NCBI GenBank assembly: GCA_977017575.1
Contig: CDRNVI010000023.1
Location: 394,850-458,849 of the forward strand
Reading direction: 5' to 3'
Length of the DNA stretch: 64,000 bases
From: Paramoeba atlantica
Taxonomy: Eukaryota > Protista > Discosea
In this document: piece by piece, positions 21,751 through 33,397 of the stretch
Numbering within the stretch: the first letter of the stretch is position 1
How the letters are laid out: every line of letters starts with the position of its first letter
Translations under genes and position numbers: made by a program
The notes under the pieces: generated by a model
Database searches by the model: none
Seen by the model: the letters and a program-made list of their open reading frames with translations, nothing else
Told to the model about the DNA's origin: nothing

Positions 21751-21842
21751 CGTTTATGCGATTTCTCCTTTCTATAGAGTCGTTTTTTTGTACAGTAAGC
21801 GTAAGCATGTAAATATGTAGATATAGCCTTAAATATTTTTTT

Positions 21843-21964
21843 ATTTTTCTTTTTTAAGCTCTTCGTTAAACGCAGTGGTTGTTTTCAACTTAGAATTCAC
21901 TCGTGCTGCGCGCTTCACGCTGAAAACTACCACCGCGTTTAACGAAGAGCCTAAAAAAGAAAAT
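21843..21964 (+). repeat. Solo family-A palindrome
   Basis: Both arms and the loop match 12112-12232 with several substitutions. Confidence 0.9.
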
Positions 21965-22763
21965 TCGACAAAAGATTATGAATAATCTACTTTTTTGGGG
22001 GGGAAAGCTCGATTTTTCAGCAAACATTGCGAAATTTTACACCGAATTTGGGCCGTTTTGGATGCCTTACCAGTAGGGGTAAGAGGCGAATCTGACGAAA
22101 ACGACGTAGAATGGTAGCCCCCCATGGATCTTACAAAAAACTCGATCTTACATATAAATAACTCGATCAGCATGCATACTTCTTATTCTACATATAAATG
22201 CTTTAATTACTTTCACAAGTTCTCAGTCTTAGATTCGGAGTCAGTGCACTAGCGGAGGCGCATTGTTCCGCGTTTTAGAAGGCATATTCCCGACTTTTAT
22301 CTTCCTTGCGAAGGTATCGATTTAGCTGTGAATATGCTACCGCCCCGTTAAGCTCCTGCAGCAATAACTAAAATTCGGTGTAGACCCGTTTGCGCTGCAT
22401 TCCACAGGCATCTGCGAGGGCATCCATAAGAGCCTTCGTGTTTGAATGCATTGCACCCCCTGAGAGGACATTGAAAGCTTTCGGCCATGATCTTCCCGGT
22501 CTTGACATACATGTGTAACATACATACTGTATGTGTAATGTTTTCGTCGACAGGCGTCGTGGAATAAATGTGCACACTTCGTGTCAAGGTTTGAGGGTGC
22601 CAGTTCGTGGATGACTGTTAGATCGTAGTGTACGTAGTATACACACTCTTTTTTTCGAATTCATCTTTTATCTTCAAAACGAATTGATACCAACACGACC
22701 TTCCTTGTATTTTTTTCACAAAAACGGCCACTTTCTCCTTAGTCTTTTTTCTCTTCTTCCTAC

Positions 22764-23627
22764 ATGCTCTGGTCTTTTTCCTTTTGCGACACCTTACCTC
22801 ACATCCCCCCCTCGCGTCCCGCCAAAGTGAGTCTTGCGAATCTTCCACACGAGTACGAACTCGCACGTTTGATCCGAGACGTCCAACCCCACTCTCCATC
22901 CTGGACCACAGACACTCGTGCGTGTCAGTGGTACGGGGTGAAATGTGACACCACAGGGGCTGTGCTGGAAATTCGATGGATTTATCAAAATCTTGTCGGC
23001 CCTCTTCACTTTGTTCACCTCCCACGAACCGTAAAAACGTTTCGAGTGATTGAGAATGCGTTAAACGGTGCTGTTGAACTGACAGCGTTGCCGCGCAGTC
23101 TTCACACATTAGGCCTCTCGTATAACCGTTTTTCCGGGAGTTTAGATTTGACGGCTCTCCCCAACGGTGTGCAGTTTCTATATCTCAATGAAAACGGGTT
23201 TACGGAAAACGTTTGTTTAAGTGAGCTACCGGTACAACTGGTACGGTTGTATCTACAGAACAATCAACTCACGGGGTCAATAGACCTCACTTCACTCCCC
23301 AACAAGATGATGTATTTATTGTTACGTCATAATCTGTTCTCGGGAGAGGTCTCTTTGCATTATCTTCCGCCCGATTTTTTTGAACTCTCACTTCACCATA
23401 ACTTTTTTACGGGGGGCTTATCGCTTACCCAGCTATCTCCTCGACTAAACTACATGGACATAAATGATAACGTATTAGTGGGGCCTGTGGATGTTAGAGA
23501 CCTTCCAAAGTTTTTACGTTGTCTGGATTTGTCAAACAACATTGGGCTATATGGAGAAGTGAGGCGAAGCGAAATTCCGGGAACCATGGATCTTTGTGTC
23601 AAGAATACAAAGATTGTCATCTTTTAG
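22764..23627 (+). CDS. Leucine-rich repeat protein (copy 7)
   Basis: PAKVSLANLPHEYEL cap, RACQWYGVKC, LRRs. Confidence 0.9.
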   Translation: MLWSFSFCDTLPHIPPSRPAKVSLANLPHEYELARLIRDVQPHSPSWTTDTRACQWYGVKCDTTGAVLEIRWIYQNLVGPLHFVHLPRTVKTFRVIENALNGAVELTALPRSLHTLGLSYNRFSGSLDLTALPNGVQFLYLNENGFTENVCLSELPVQLVRLYLQNNQLTGSIDLTSLPNKMMYLLLRHNLFSGEVSLHYLPPDFFELSLHHNFFTGGLSLTQLSPRLNYMDINDNVLVGPVDVRDLPKFLRCLDLSNNIGLYGEVRRSEIPGTMDLCVKNTKIVIF

Positions 23628-24401
23628 GGGTCGTTTAAAACACTGTTCCTTATTGCTCCTGCGCAAAAACAGCTACATGTAGCTTTGCACGTGTCGAGAT
23701 ACGCACATAAAGGTTCAAAGTACGAACATCACCCTAAAATACCACCCTTTTGCGTCGACAGAAACTGTGTCAAATCTTTGCCAAATTAGTTTCTGCAAAA
23801 ACTACACTAGCATGTGTCGGCCTTGATATGCCTTGAACGAACGATGATTGATAATGGGCGAACTTAGATCATATCTGAGGCTTAACACTTCTTAAACCTA
23901 CGGTGTTTAATTAAAGATGGTTATTTTTCGGCTCCATTTTATTTTTAATTGTTTCTTCCAGGGGTCCGAATAACTATAAAACTTTATTATAGGTACTTTA
24001 AAGTAACTATATTATTTTTCCCTACCTTTATCTACCTTTATTTTTTTGTCAATGATTCGCACTGTACTATTTTGTTGAAATTTTTCAATGCGTGGGCGCT
24101 CGGGTAATAGAGAAAGTCAAGCTAAATTTGTCCAGCCTTATTAGCAATAAGACCTACTACTTACAAGGAGGTGGAGGCCGGAAAACGATTTCTGAATGTC
24201 GGCTCTGTAGTTCACCGGGAAAGCGGAACTTTGTTTACGAAAAATGCACTCGGACCTCATACTCTTCAGCCCTAGGTCATAGTGAAGGAGAAGAGAGTCA
24301 GAAAGTGGGAGACGGAAAATGCTGTTGAAAATGCAGCTTGATGTCAAGTCCTATAAACCTTTCAAATGTATTTGAAACCATGGGAGACTGTGCAAGTCTT
24401 G

Positions 24402-24442
24402 GTTGGCATGAATTGGCACAAGTTGGCATGAGTTGGCATGAG
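24402..24442. repeat. 10-bp tandem repeat (TTGGCATGAG-like), left internal array
   Basis: Four units read directly; a second array lies at 26256-26323. Confidence 0.85.
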
Positions 24443-24582
24443 TAGCCATATTTTTGTTTTATCAGCCAATTTAAATCTTTTTTCGGTGCGTTCTGCAAAG
24501 TTTAGTTACAAATGTATATTCGTTAAAATTCATCTAAAGAGTTCGGTATTCAAGTTTTTTTATTCTTTGCACCACATCACTT

Positions 24583-25251
24583 ATGTCATTCCAAGCATCA
24601 ATCTATCGCCAGATGTGCAAAGGAAAATGTCAGAAAATGACACCGTTCACTCTTCCCACCGAAGGTCGATCATCGTTTTGTGTTTATTGCAAATGGTGTG
24701 TCGATTCCGAGCAGCACAGAGATGTATGTGTGCAATGCTTGCAGTATGGGGTATTCAACGGTTCTGATGTTTGTGCGACTTGTGGGCAATCACAAGTCGT
24801 TGAATCTTTTTCTCCTCCCCTCCTTCAGGAATTATTGTCATCCGATCTGGACCTTGAATCAGTAAAGCGCACATCCAGCCAATTCTTTCGGAAGACTGTC
24901 TTGGGGTTGCGATTTACTTTTTCGCATGTGGCGTATGCCCTGATTGCGTGCAAAGCCAGCATTGACTGGGCTGATGACGGAACTAAATTTTTGCGGACAG
25001 GCATTAACTACGCCAAAAAGTTCCGATTGTCTGTGAGTTCTAAAGACGAACGTGACATGGCGACAGTTTTAAAAAACATTTGGAATAGCTTTGTTGGAGA
25101 TTTGAATCGAAGGCGTGTGACGATTCGGTCCGATCTAAAGTCTAGAATCATCGAGAAGCTGTCCGTGCATGAAGAGAATAGTGCGAAGGCTAAGAGGAAG
25201 GAAGAGGACAAAAAGGCGAAAGTTCATGTGGAAAGTATTAATTTAGTTTAA
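24583..25251 (+). CDS. Transposon-internal hypothetical protein with CxxC pairs
   Basis: 222-aa ORF with CVYC, CVQC, CATC and a Lys/Glu-rich C-terminus, lying inside the TIRs. Confidence 0.5.
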   Translation: MSFQASIYRQMCKGKCQKMTPFTLPTEGRSSFCVYCKWCVDSEQHRDVCVQCLQYGVFNGSDVCATCGQSQVVESFSPPLLQELLSSDLDLESVKRTSSQFFRKTVLGLRFTFSHVAYALIACKASIDWADDGTKFLRTGINYAKKFRLSVSSKDERDMATVLKNIWNSFVGDLNRRRVTIRSDLKSRIIEKLSVHEENSAKAKRKEEDKKAKVHVESINLV

Positions 25252-25429
25252 TTTCCATAGGTGATGTTAAGTTCGAAGTTGTGAAGCTAGCTGTGAAGTC
25301 TTTAACCAAAAAACTGACGTTATTTATAATACGCTATTACAATAATATGTGTAAATTCATAAATAATACTTAATAAAAAAGTACTTAAAAATAATAGAGA
25401 GCTTAAAAACTAACTAACATTCTCGAACT

Positions 25430-26094
25430 ATGTCAAAAGCCGTTTCTGAACTTGACGTTTGTGGTGTATCGAGTAATCTTTACAAGTCGTATCGAGTAAT
25501 CTTTACACGGGGGCGACTAACGATAGCGTAATTTTGGAACATTCTAAATTCTTACCATTCTTACAACAATATCGAAAACGTGCGTTTGTTGATGGGGGGT
25601 TCAAAAAGTCAGATCTCCATATCATTCCTCATAGAGCGACTGCAATTTGGCCGAAGAAACCTCTTGGAAAATCACGAAGTGCTTATGAGCAAGAAGCTTT
25701 GACTAAGCTCCAATACAACGAAAACATTGCCCATTTTCGTTCACGCATTGAGCATGTTTTTGGCCGAACTTTCATTGGCCGATGGCTGGCACTAAAAAAT
25801 TGGACGCATTCTTTTGATTTGCTAGGAGACTGCTTCAAAGCAGCCCTCATTATACATAACCTAGAAGCTTACCTGCGCTACGAATGGGGTGGGAAGTTTC
25901 CTCGATTTTTGACAACTGAGGAGAAACGCGTCATTCAATCCAAAATCTCTGCTTGTGAAACACAGCGCAAGCGTTACCCCCAGCCCGACGCCCCAGCACC
26001 GCAACAGACGACTTTACATTCATTCTTTAAGGGACAGTGGACCCCCATAGTTATAGACGATGATGATAGCACCGACGAGGGGGCGCTCGAGTAA
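25430..26094 (+). pseudogene. PIF/Harbinger-ISL2EU-type (DDE_Tnp_4) transposase C-terminal fragment
   Basis: YTGATNDSVILEHS, AFVDGGF, YNENIAHFRSRIEHVFG...RW. A short duplication (GTATCGAGTAATCTTTACA twice) breaks the 5' frame. Confidence 0.75.
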
Positions 26095-26255
26095 TACTGC
26101 ATGAAGAAAAAATCTATAGCTTCATCCCTCATATTATTAAGTTATTATTATATTGTTATGGATATTCCGTGGAGGGGGCATTGAGGTCCAGGGTATGAAA
26201 AAATGCATGTGATTTCTGTATCCCTCATTATTCCCTCTCATTATTCCCAGTTCTG

Positions 26256-26323
26256 GTTGGCATGAGTTGGCACGAATTGGCATGAGTTGGCATGAATTGG
26301 CACAAGACGGCACGAGATGGCAC
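26256..26323. repeat. 10-bp tandem repeat (TTGGCATGAG-like), right internal array
   Basis: About seven units in the same orientation as the left array. Confidence 0.85.
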
Positions 26324-26886
26324 CGGTTAGCTGCACAGTCTCCATGGTATAACGGAAGTGTGATCATGGAGTATGAAACGCGGCCATTCAGGATCCATTG
26401 TTGCAGACACTGGAAATTCCAATGGTAGAACAACATGTTCAATATGCGTCTTGTGTTCTGGAAATGCTACAATCTGGAGTCAAGTGGTAGTGGAAAATTT
26501 AGAAGCAGAAACATTGATAACATTGTTCAACAATGTAATCGTTGATATCGCATGTCTTATCAACGACGATTAGAGAAGGCCTGGTGGAAGTGTTTTCCAC
26601 GTCTGACGCTGATGAAGCTTGTTCGGCACTATAACTGCCTGAAAACTATACCTGTGCAAGATTGTTTCCTATGCATTTTAGGTAATCAGAAAAATCATTC
26701 CCTCCAACAAGGCCTACTCTCCGCGACCCGAGCAACCAGACTGCACAGATTCCCCACCCAAATTGCACAAAAAGTCGACCGCTGAAACTATAGGTACACC
26801 TATATATTAACTATATAAAGTTATTCGGACCCCTGGTTTCTTCTTGCTTTTTTAGCTTCTTTTCTTTAAAGGGAAACGACATCTCT

Positions 26887-27552
26887 ATGGTTATTCGAAA
26901 GGAAGGCAAATCGAAACGTCCTTTGTCCTCTCCTGGCCGTAAGAGGACACAACCCACTCCTCGCACTTCTCCAACAGACTCCCCAACAAAAACCCAATCT
27001 ACGCACACATTCGAAGATACGAAAGAAGAGCCTCTTACGTTAGAACTGTTGTCTTCTCTCTATCACGCACTGTTGGATGATTCTTCTGTATTGCCGCGAG
27101 AGGTTTGTGGAAAAATACGACGCATCGGCTCTCTGGATCATAAATTACGTGCCGCACTACACACATTGCTCATTTATACGGAATCGGATGTAAATGTTAA
27201 CTTTCCGGACGCCTTTAGTGATTATTCAAACGAAATTGTAGAGGCATCAAAAGGGACAACATCACAAAACATTGCCGATAGCTCTCCTTGTGAGATCGGA
27301 CCTCTTCCAAACGATTTAGAATCTACTAAGAACATCTCTACACAATCGGATACGATAAAATATGAACACATCAACTTGGGTGACCTTCCATCAAGTATCG
27401 AAGGAGGCGTAGTTACCGAGCTTGAAGACCAGGTTTTGGAATTCGCGCTCGAAAAAGAAACTTTAGCAACGGAGGCGTTGGGCTTATGTCACGCAATTCA
27501 ACTCAAAATCCTTGATTGTTTAGAAAAATGCAAAGCTATTTCTTCCACATAA
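26887..27552 (+). CDS. Hypothetical protein
   Basis: 221-aa ORF after a polypyrimidine tract, with a coiled-coil-like C-terminus. No family recognised. Confidence 0.6.
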   Translation: MVIRKEGKSKRPLSSPGRKRTQPTPRTSPTDSPTKTQSTHTFEDTKEEPLTLELLSSLYHALLDDSSVLPREVCGKIRRIGSLDHKLRAALHTLLIYTESDVNVNFPDAFSDYSNEIVEASKGTTSQNIADSSPCEIGPLPNDLESTKNISTQSDTIKYEHINLGDLPSSIEGGVVTELEDQVLEFALEKETLATEALGLCHAIQLKILDCLEKCKAISST

Positions 27553-27975
27553 TCAATTTTCTTCCCTCTGGTACTTTAAAACCATTCCCTTTCCAACCCC
27601 CTTATTGTAAAATCCCAAAACCACAAATTCACTTTTTCCTAAATTTCAAAACTTTTTCCCTCCTATTCGTATTTCTCCCCCATGTCTCTCCAACCCCAAT
27701 CCCCTTACCCCCTCCGAAAACCTTGCCATTCATCTTTGAACCGAAACTTGTGACGACTCCCCGAAGGTACTCCAACCTGCCAAAAACCACATGCCAAATC
27801 CCGTTTCACCGCACTTTCCTCCTTAGCGCGGTGAATACAACATACAGCATGTCTAACGGGAACGTACGCATTCCCTTCATGTCCTATCGTATAGTTGCAC
27901 TCGGAGCATGGTCACCCTGTCGCAGCTCTTGACGAATTATGTCTCGAATGGAATCTCGTGATCGATGGAGGGTGT

Positions 27976-28797
27976 TTACAATGACTCGTCAGCATTCCAA
28001 CCGTGCGATCCAACTTTACAAACCTGAGAAATCTCCGATACGTTCGATGGGACGTTCGATGGGACGTTCGACGGGACATGCCCTGCGGGTCCTGGTCTTT
28101 GTAAAGTGTACAAGATCCAAGTGTACCCTAGATCGGCCAAGAACATTTCGTCTTTGTGGTGAGTTAACAGAGGAGTTCGACGCACACTAGTATCTCTCTT
28201 ATAAATTTTGGCATCATGCATGCTGCCAACAACTGGTCCGCGAAAGAAGAATGGAACTCCGGCCAGAGTTAGCCAAACTTCCACCTTGATGCAGTGCTGC
28301 TGGTGCTTTCCCGAATAGGTGCTGTCTTGGGTGGTTCCATCAGGTGTTTCTCTCGGTTTCCCGAGAGATCCCGTGAACGACACGGGATCGTCGTGACGTC
28401 CAGCATGCAGGTTACGTCAGATAACCATGATACTCCCTGGGTAAACCGGAGCTCGGGGTTCATAAGCAGGGGTGAACGGCACACGAGTAAAATCATCCCG
28501 GAGAGTCCGAATTGAAATCAACGGGGCGTCCGGTGGGATCCACGCCCTTTGAACATCGTACAACTGTTCCCATGTGCAATTCAGAGAACAGATGCACAAT
28601 GATGACTGAACACGACGGTAATCCGTCTCCGTAACATCGGATCCATGCACACGTCGGAGCTCGTTGTAGAACTCCCGCACCTGTGCAGCCGAGATGCCAA
28701 ACATAGAGAGGGAATGAAACAATTGAAAGAAATTTCGATTTAGAAGCAAAATGAGTAGGGTTGTATTATAATTGGGCGGAAATATTTTAGCATGCAC
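27976..28797 (-). pseudogene. Degenerate DDE_Tnp_4 (Harbinger/ISL2EU-like) transposase
   Basis: LDVTTIPCRSR, STYSGKHQQHCIKVEV, GPVVGSMHDAKIY, FLADLGY across frameshifted frames. Confidence 0.8.
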
Positions 28798-29498
28798 TCG
28801 TAATTAGTGGAATGAAATAGCAATTAGTGGAATGAGCTAGTAATTGGGGATAATTGTAATTGCCGAAATCGGCGCTTCTTTCCTCGCAGCATCAAGATAA
28901 TCAATAGATAAAACTTTTTACTCACTCTTTTTAATGATTCTATATAAATAAGTTATTTTTTTAAAGAAAATATATAGAAACCATTTCAATAAAGAATTAC
29001 GTGGTACGATCGTCTAATTTATCTTTCATAAGTTATCCGAGAATCATTTGAGTCTACTTACCGCGTCCTCTGGGTTCTCTTCGGATTTCACGTATCGGAA
29101 TTTAATACAAATACCTCTCTTTTGGTTCATGGTTAAGACGCGTTTAAGCTCACCTGCAATGAAGTCGGATCGTGCTACAACCCCATTCTGGCCATTTTGA
29201 AACCGTGCTCTACTGATCTGTTGTCGGTTTATCGCTGAAAGTATATTGCAAATGCATCAATTAGTGTGAGGAGAATACAGGAAAAATACTCAAACTTTTT
29301 GCAAGATAAGATGTACTGCCTTTACAAACGGTGAAAATTCATAAAAATGAGAAAAGTTCGACCAACAAAAAGCTCTGTAGAAAGCCTTTTTTACAGGAAA
29401 ATGTACGACTTTTTCTTCAAAAAATAATTGGTATGGACTAATAAGGACTTTGCGTGGAACAGCATGCGACAAGGGATTAATTTTACTAGAATGAGACC

Positions 29499-31795
29499 TT
29501 AATAAGGTAGTTTCCGTCCCTCAGCCTCGATACACAAGCATAGACGTCGTTTGAAAGATGCATGCAATTTTTCAGAAAATTTCTTTGAGTCACTACTTTT
29601 TAGATATTTTTCACAGCTCTCTTCTATCTCTCTTATGGAGGACGGGTTTATATATAGAGGACTATATATAGAGAGGCTATATATATATAGAGGACGGGTT
29701 CTCCTGATTTTTGATTTGTTTGAGACGGCACCATAAATTCTCAATCGGATTCAAATCCGGGGAATCCGCAGGCCAAAAAGGCAGATGGGTCCCATTGACA
29801 GAAATGTATCCCCTCAAGCAAGAGGAAGTTCTCGATCTGGCGATCATACTTTCCCACCACAAAGAAGTAAGCTTAGAACGATGCGGAGGAGCTCCATCGT
29901 CCATGTAGATCGCCTGGGGATTTTTCCTGGCATATGGAATCCAATGATCCCGAAGAATCATCTTTCTATAATACATGCTGCCGAGCCCTTTCCCTTTTTG
30001 AGGCCCTTTTTGATTTTGACAAGCGTCATGGCGATAAAAGTGTTCAAAATCATCGCACCATCGAAATAGGATTTTCCCATTGGAATCAATTGCACCCCAG
30101 AGAAGGACTTTCGTGGGATGATGGGTTCGACTCCTTGCAACAGGATCTGTTGGAGATTGCCATGCTGAGCGTGACAAATCACCCGCATGAATGTACACCT
30201 CGTCACTAAAGCACAAATTTTTCTAAAAGGTGCCCCCTGTCACTTCATCTTCTTTAAGCAGTGCGCGACAGAAATTCACACGGGCCTCCCTTTTCTCGGC
30301 AGAAAGATGAAGCGTACTAATTTTGGACCTAAACTTGTAATCACAATATGTAAGCAGAGCACGCATGCGATGCCGCGAGATAACAAATTGGTGTCCGGAT
30401 GCTTCGGCCATTGCACACATCAGTCTGTTCAAAGTGCGATGGACAGGATTGGCCGCCATTATCTGGGGCAGCAAGACTCTGGCATTCTCAAAGTGTTCCC
30501 ATTCCAGTAGCGTATTAGCGGTTTCTTTCACTTTTTCGATTCTACCATCAGCTGAAGAATGAGTCATCAGCAAACGATGACAAGTCGCTTTATTGAGAGT
30601 AAGCGTATGACACAACTGTGCTTAGGTAAAAAGTCTTGTGCTGTGCAAAACTTTCAAAGCGACGACTCCCGTTTCGGATAAGCTTCCCCTTCTTTCCATA
30701 TAACCGGAAGTCCATTCAGGTGCGTCGTTTTGCGCTTCATAGGTCGGCCGCGTTTCCGCTTAGAGTTCTGGCCCGAGATTTGAGAGGCTAACCGTGTTCT
30801 AAGAACAGCCATCGCGGTCAGAAGGGAATGCTGATCCTTCAAAACAGAGTTATGTTTCTTTTTAAGCTCATCGTATTTCTCTTGGAGCTCGAAGTGTTCT
30901 CTTTTTAGAAGATTGTATTCAATATGTATTGCTTCTAATTTTACTCGAAGACGATGAGCTTCAGCTTTGTGCTTTTCCTTTTCGCGTTCTACGCGTCGTA
31001 AGCGCGTGTTCAATTTTCGAATTCGCGTTTTCGCCTTCCTCATTTCCTTAGAGCTCGAGTGGAGAGAATGGCGGGCGCTGCGAATATCAGGTTGTGGATC
31101 AGAGGCTCAGTAGGTGGAACATCAGGGGCCTGAGGGTCAATAGGTGGAACATCAGAGGGTTGAGAGTCAATAGGTGGAACATCAGAGGGTTGAGAGTCAA
31201 TAGGTGGAACATCAGAGGGTTGAGAGTCAATAGGTGGAACATCAGAGGGTTGAGAGTCAATAGGTGGAACATCAGAGGGTTGAGAGTCAATAGATGGAAC
31301 ATCAGGGAGCTGAGGGTCAATAGGTGGATCATCAGAGGGATGAGGGTGGGAAGTTCGTGGATTGGAGGACTGAGGTCGAAACATTTGGCATAGGCCTTCT
31401 GCTGCTTCGATAAGCCGGATGTCAAAGCATTTTTCAGGTTCCACGAAATTCGGATGAACTGGATAAAGATGATTATCATCTTGGACAGAGCCCTGTATTT
31501 CTTGATTTATTTTGAAAAGAGTCTCTTCTTCAAAAAAATCAGACTCAGAGTCCGATATGTCCGAGTCTGTTGACCCATCTTCTGGATCCCAGTTCGGATC
31601 ATCCTCTGAATCAGAGCTTGCGTACTCCGGTGAGTGCGAAGACAATGATGAAACGTCAGAAGAGCCTGATCGGCAAACTGTTGAATTTTTGGAATTGCTC
31701 TCCGAAGTGGCCTCCGAACTCGTGTACTCCTAGTTCGTGTAACCTGAGCTCATGCTATCAGAGCTCCCATGCGCCCTGGGAGATATGTGTGACAT
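29499..31795 (-). pseudogene. Tc1-like transposase pseudogene with a long N-terminal extension
   Basis: HTH-like AQLCHTLTLNKATCHRLL, FSDE, LWGAI, MDDGAPPH, WPADSPDLNPIENLW, ASFKRRLCLCIEAEGRKLPY*. Several stops and frameshifts, and a 52-bp duplication/insertion near 29640-29700. Confidence 0.85.
31111..31350. repeat. 30-bp minisatellite, 8 units (encodes PSDVPPIDSQ on the - strand)
   Basis: Unit TAGGTGGAACATCAGAGGGTTGAGAGTCAA read directly. Confidence 0.95.
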
Positions 31796-32676
31796 GGACA
31801 TCGTATAAAAAAAAGTACTTGTTAATCAAGTTTTGTAAAAAGCGTATGTCAAACAAATTTAGTTCAGCAAAAAAAAAGATTTTTTCAAACGTTAACGTAC
31901 GTCAATTTAAACTATTTTTCCGATCCTCTTGTGGTATTCCCATAAACTTAGCTTTTTACAGAACTAAAAACAAAGCTACGGTGCTCTCTATAGAACGGTT
32001 TCAAAATTTTGGGACGGAGTTGTACTTTGCGATTAAAAGCCGCCTGGCAGGAAGTATTGTCAATGTATAAATCACTCGTAATTCGTCTCCCGATTCTAAC
32101 CATGGACGTGATCCCCACGTGAGGGGACCGTTAGCGGTAAAACGAGTAGGATCAGTAATAGGAGCAATAGGGTTTTTTTGGCTCGTCATTCGCCTTGCGA
32201 CCCCCCGGTATCTTAGCACGTACACGGCCAATTTCTAGCGAATAGTAATCAATGTCCAGCAATGTAAAATCATAGTCAACGGTTGGATCGTCATTCCATA
32301 CCGCTTCCATAGCACCCTACTCGTCACTCTTAAGACGGACGTTTCCAATGACGGTTTCACGCACAAGATCGCCACGAGGTCCCCACACCGCCTCAACTAA
32401 AGAGAGAACATGAAGATTATGCCCTCCATCGCCTGTTTTAGCAGCTCAAATGACATTGTGAGAACGTAGAAATCGTTCTACACCCAAGCCAAAAATTATT
32501 ATCGCTAAAATTCATGGCACAAAAATTATTGTTTTTTTAATTAAAAGTTGCATAGCTTCGGCAATATTAAAAACTCAATAATATTAGTCGGCAGTGTAAA
32601 ACAAGTGCAAGAGAGTTAATTTTTTCTTTTTTTGCCAAAAAGGTGTGAAATAATGCTTCACTTTGACAAACACAAT

Positions 32677-33397
32677 CAACTTGGCGGAAAAAAACGTATT
32701 TTTCCAAAATTGTTTTCCCTATTGTAGTTTGAGAGTTTGGGACCTACACTAGCCTTCTACACCGTTGTTTTCACAAGATACCCCTTCTTAGAGCAGCAGC
32801 ACGCCTCCCAAAATGACGCATTTTTGACCAAACCGTGCGAAAAAGTAATTTTCGGACCCAGCACAAGTGACTTAAGGCAAAACCTAATGGCAAAACAATT
32901 ATTTTTCCAAAATCGTTTGCCCTTTTGTATTTTGATAGTTTGGGACCTATACTAGCTTTCAATGCAGTTGTTTTCGCAAGATCTCTTCGAGACGTGGTAT
33001 GCCCGCGAAAATGTCCCATTTTTGACTAAAAAAGGTGAAAAAGTAATATTCGGACCCCAAGGGGCATTTTTGGGTCGAAAGAATGGTATGGTTGAAGTCG
33101 CATTCTCTACCAAATACGTTCTGTAGGCTTTGATTCGTGGCTACGAGTGATTTCCCGCACGAAAATGTCGGATTTAGTGCTCTGAGAGCAAAATTACCCA
33201 AAAATGACTCCATTTTTACCTGAAAATCGGCTATTTTGGGTATAATCTTTCCGTTTTCTTCAGCTTTCCAGGCCAAATTTTCTTTTTTAGGCTCTTCGTT
33301 AAACGCGGAGGTCGTTTTCAACTCGACACGCGCAGCACAAGTTACTTCTAAGTTGAAAACAACCACCGCATTTAACGAAGAGCCTAAAAAAGAAAAT
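32677..33397 (-). mobile_element. Diverged family-A element with an internal duplication, 3'-truncated
   Basis: Palindrome 33277-33397 plus body matching the reverse complement of about 12232-12650. The gggacctacactag segment occurs twice. Confidence 0.85.

Larger units (their letters stand above)
23959..26835. mobile_element. DNA transposon with hAT-like ends (17-bp TIR, 8-bp TSD)
   Basis: TIR CAGGGGTCCGAATAACT at 23959-23975 and its reverse complement at 26819-26835. Flanking duplication GTTTCTTC at 23951-23958 and 26836-26843. Confidence 0.9.
29178..32022 (-). mobile_element. Tc1/IS630-superfamily transposon, degenerate
   Basis: TA target duplication at 29176-29177 and 32023-32024. Imperfect TIRs CAACCCCATTCTGGCCATTTTGAAACCGT and CAACTCCGTCCCAAAATTTTGAAACCGT (reverse complement of the right end). 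Confidence 0.85.
29044..32460 (-). pseudogene. Tyrosine-recombinase retroelement (DIRS/TATE/VIPER-like) RNase H remnant, interrupted by the Tc1-like element
   Basis: Removing 29178-32022 plus one TA joins LYIDNTSCQAAFNRKV to ARSDFIAGELKRVLTMNQKRGICIKFRYVKSEENPEDAVSRLK* in frame. The left limit is the stop codon; the right limit is approximate. Confidence 0.7.

Noticed and set aside
22250-22500. MAESFQCPLRGC zinc-finger-like remnant on the - strand (possible retroelement N-terminus)
   Set aside because: Frameshifted, with no accompanying RT or endonuclease motif.
29178-32022. Possible Fanzor/TnpB cargo in the Tc1/IS630-like element
   Set aside because: No RuvC or zinc-finger motifs were found; the extra ORFs are acidic, repetitive or coiled-coil.
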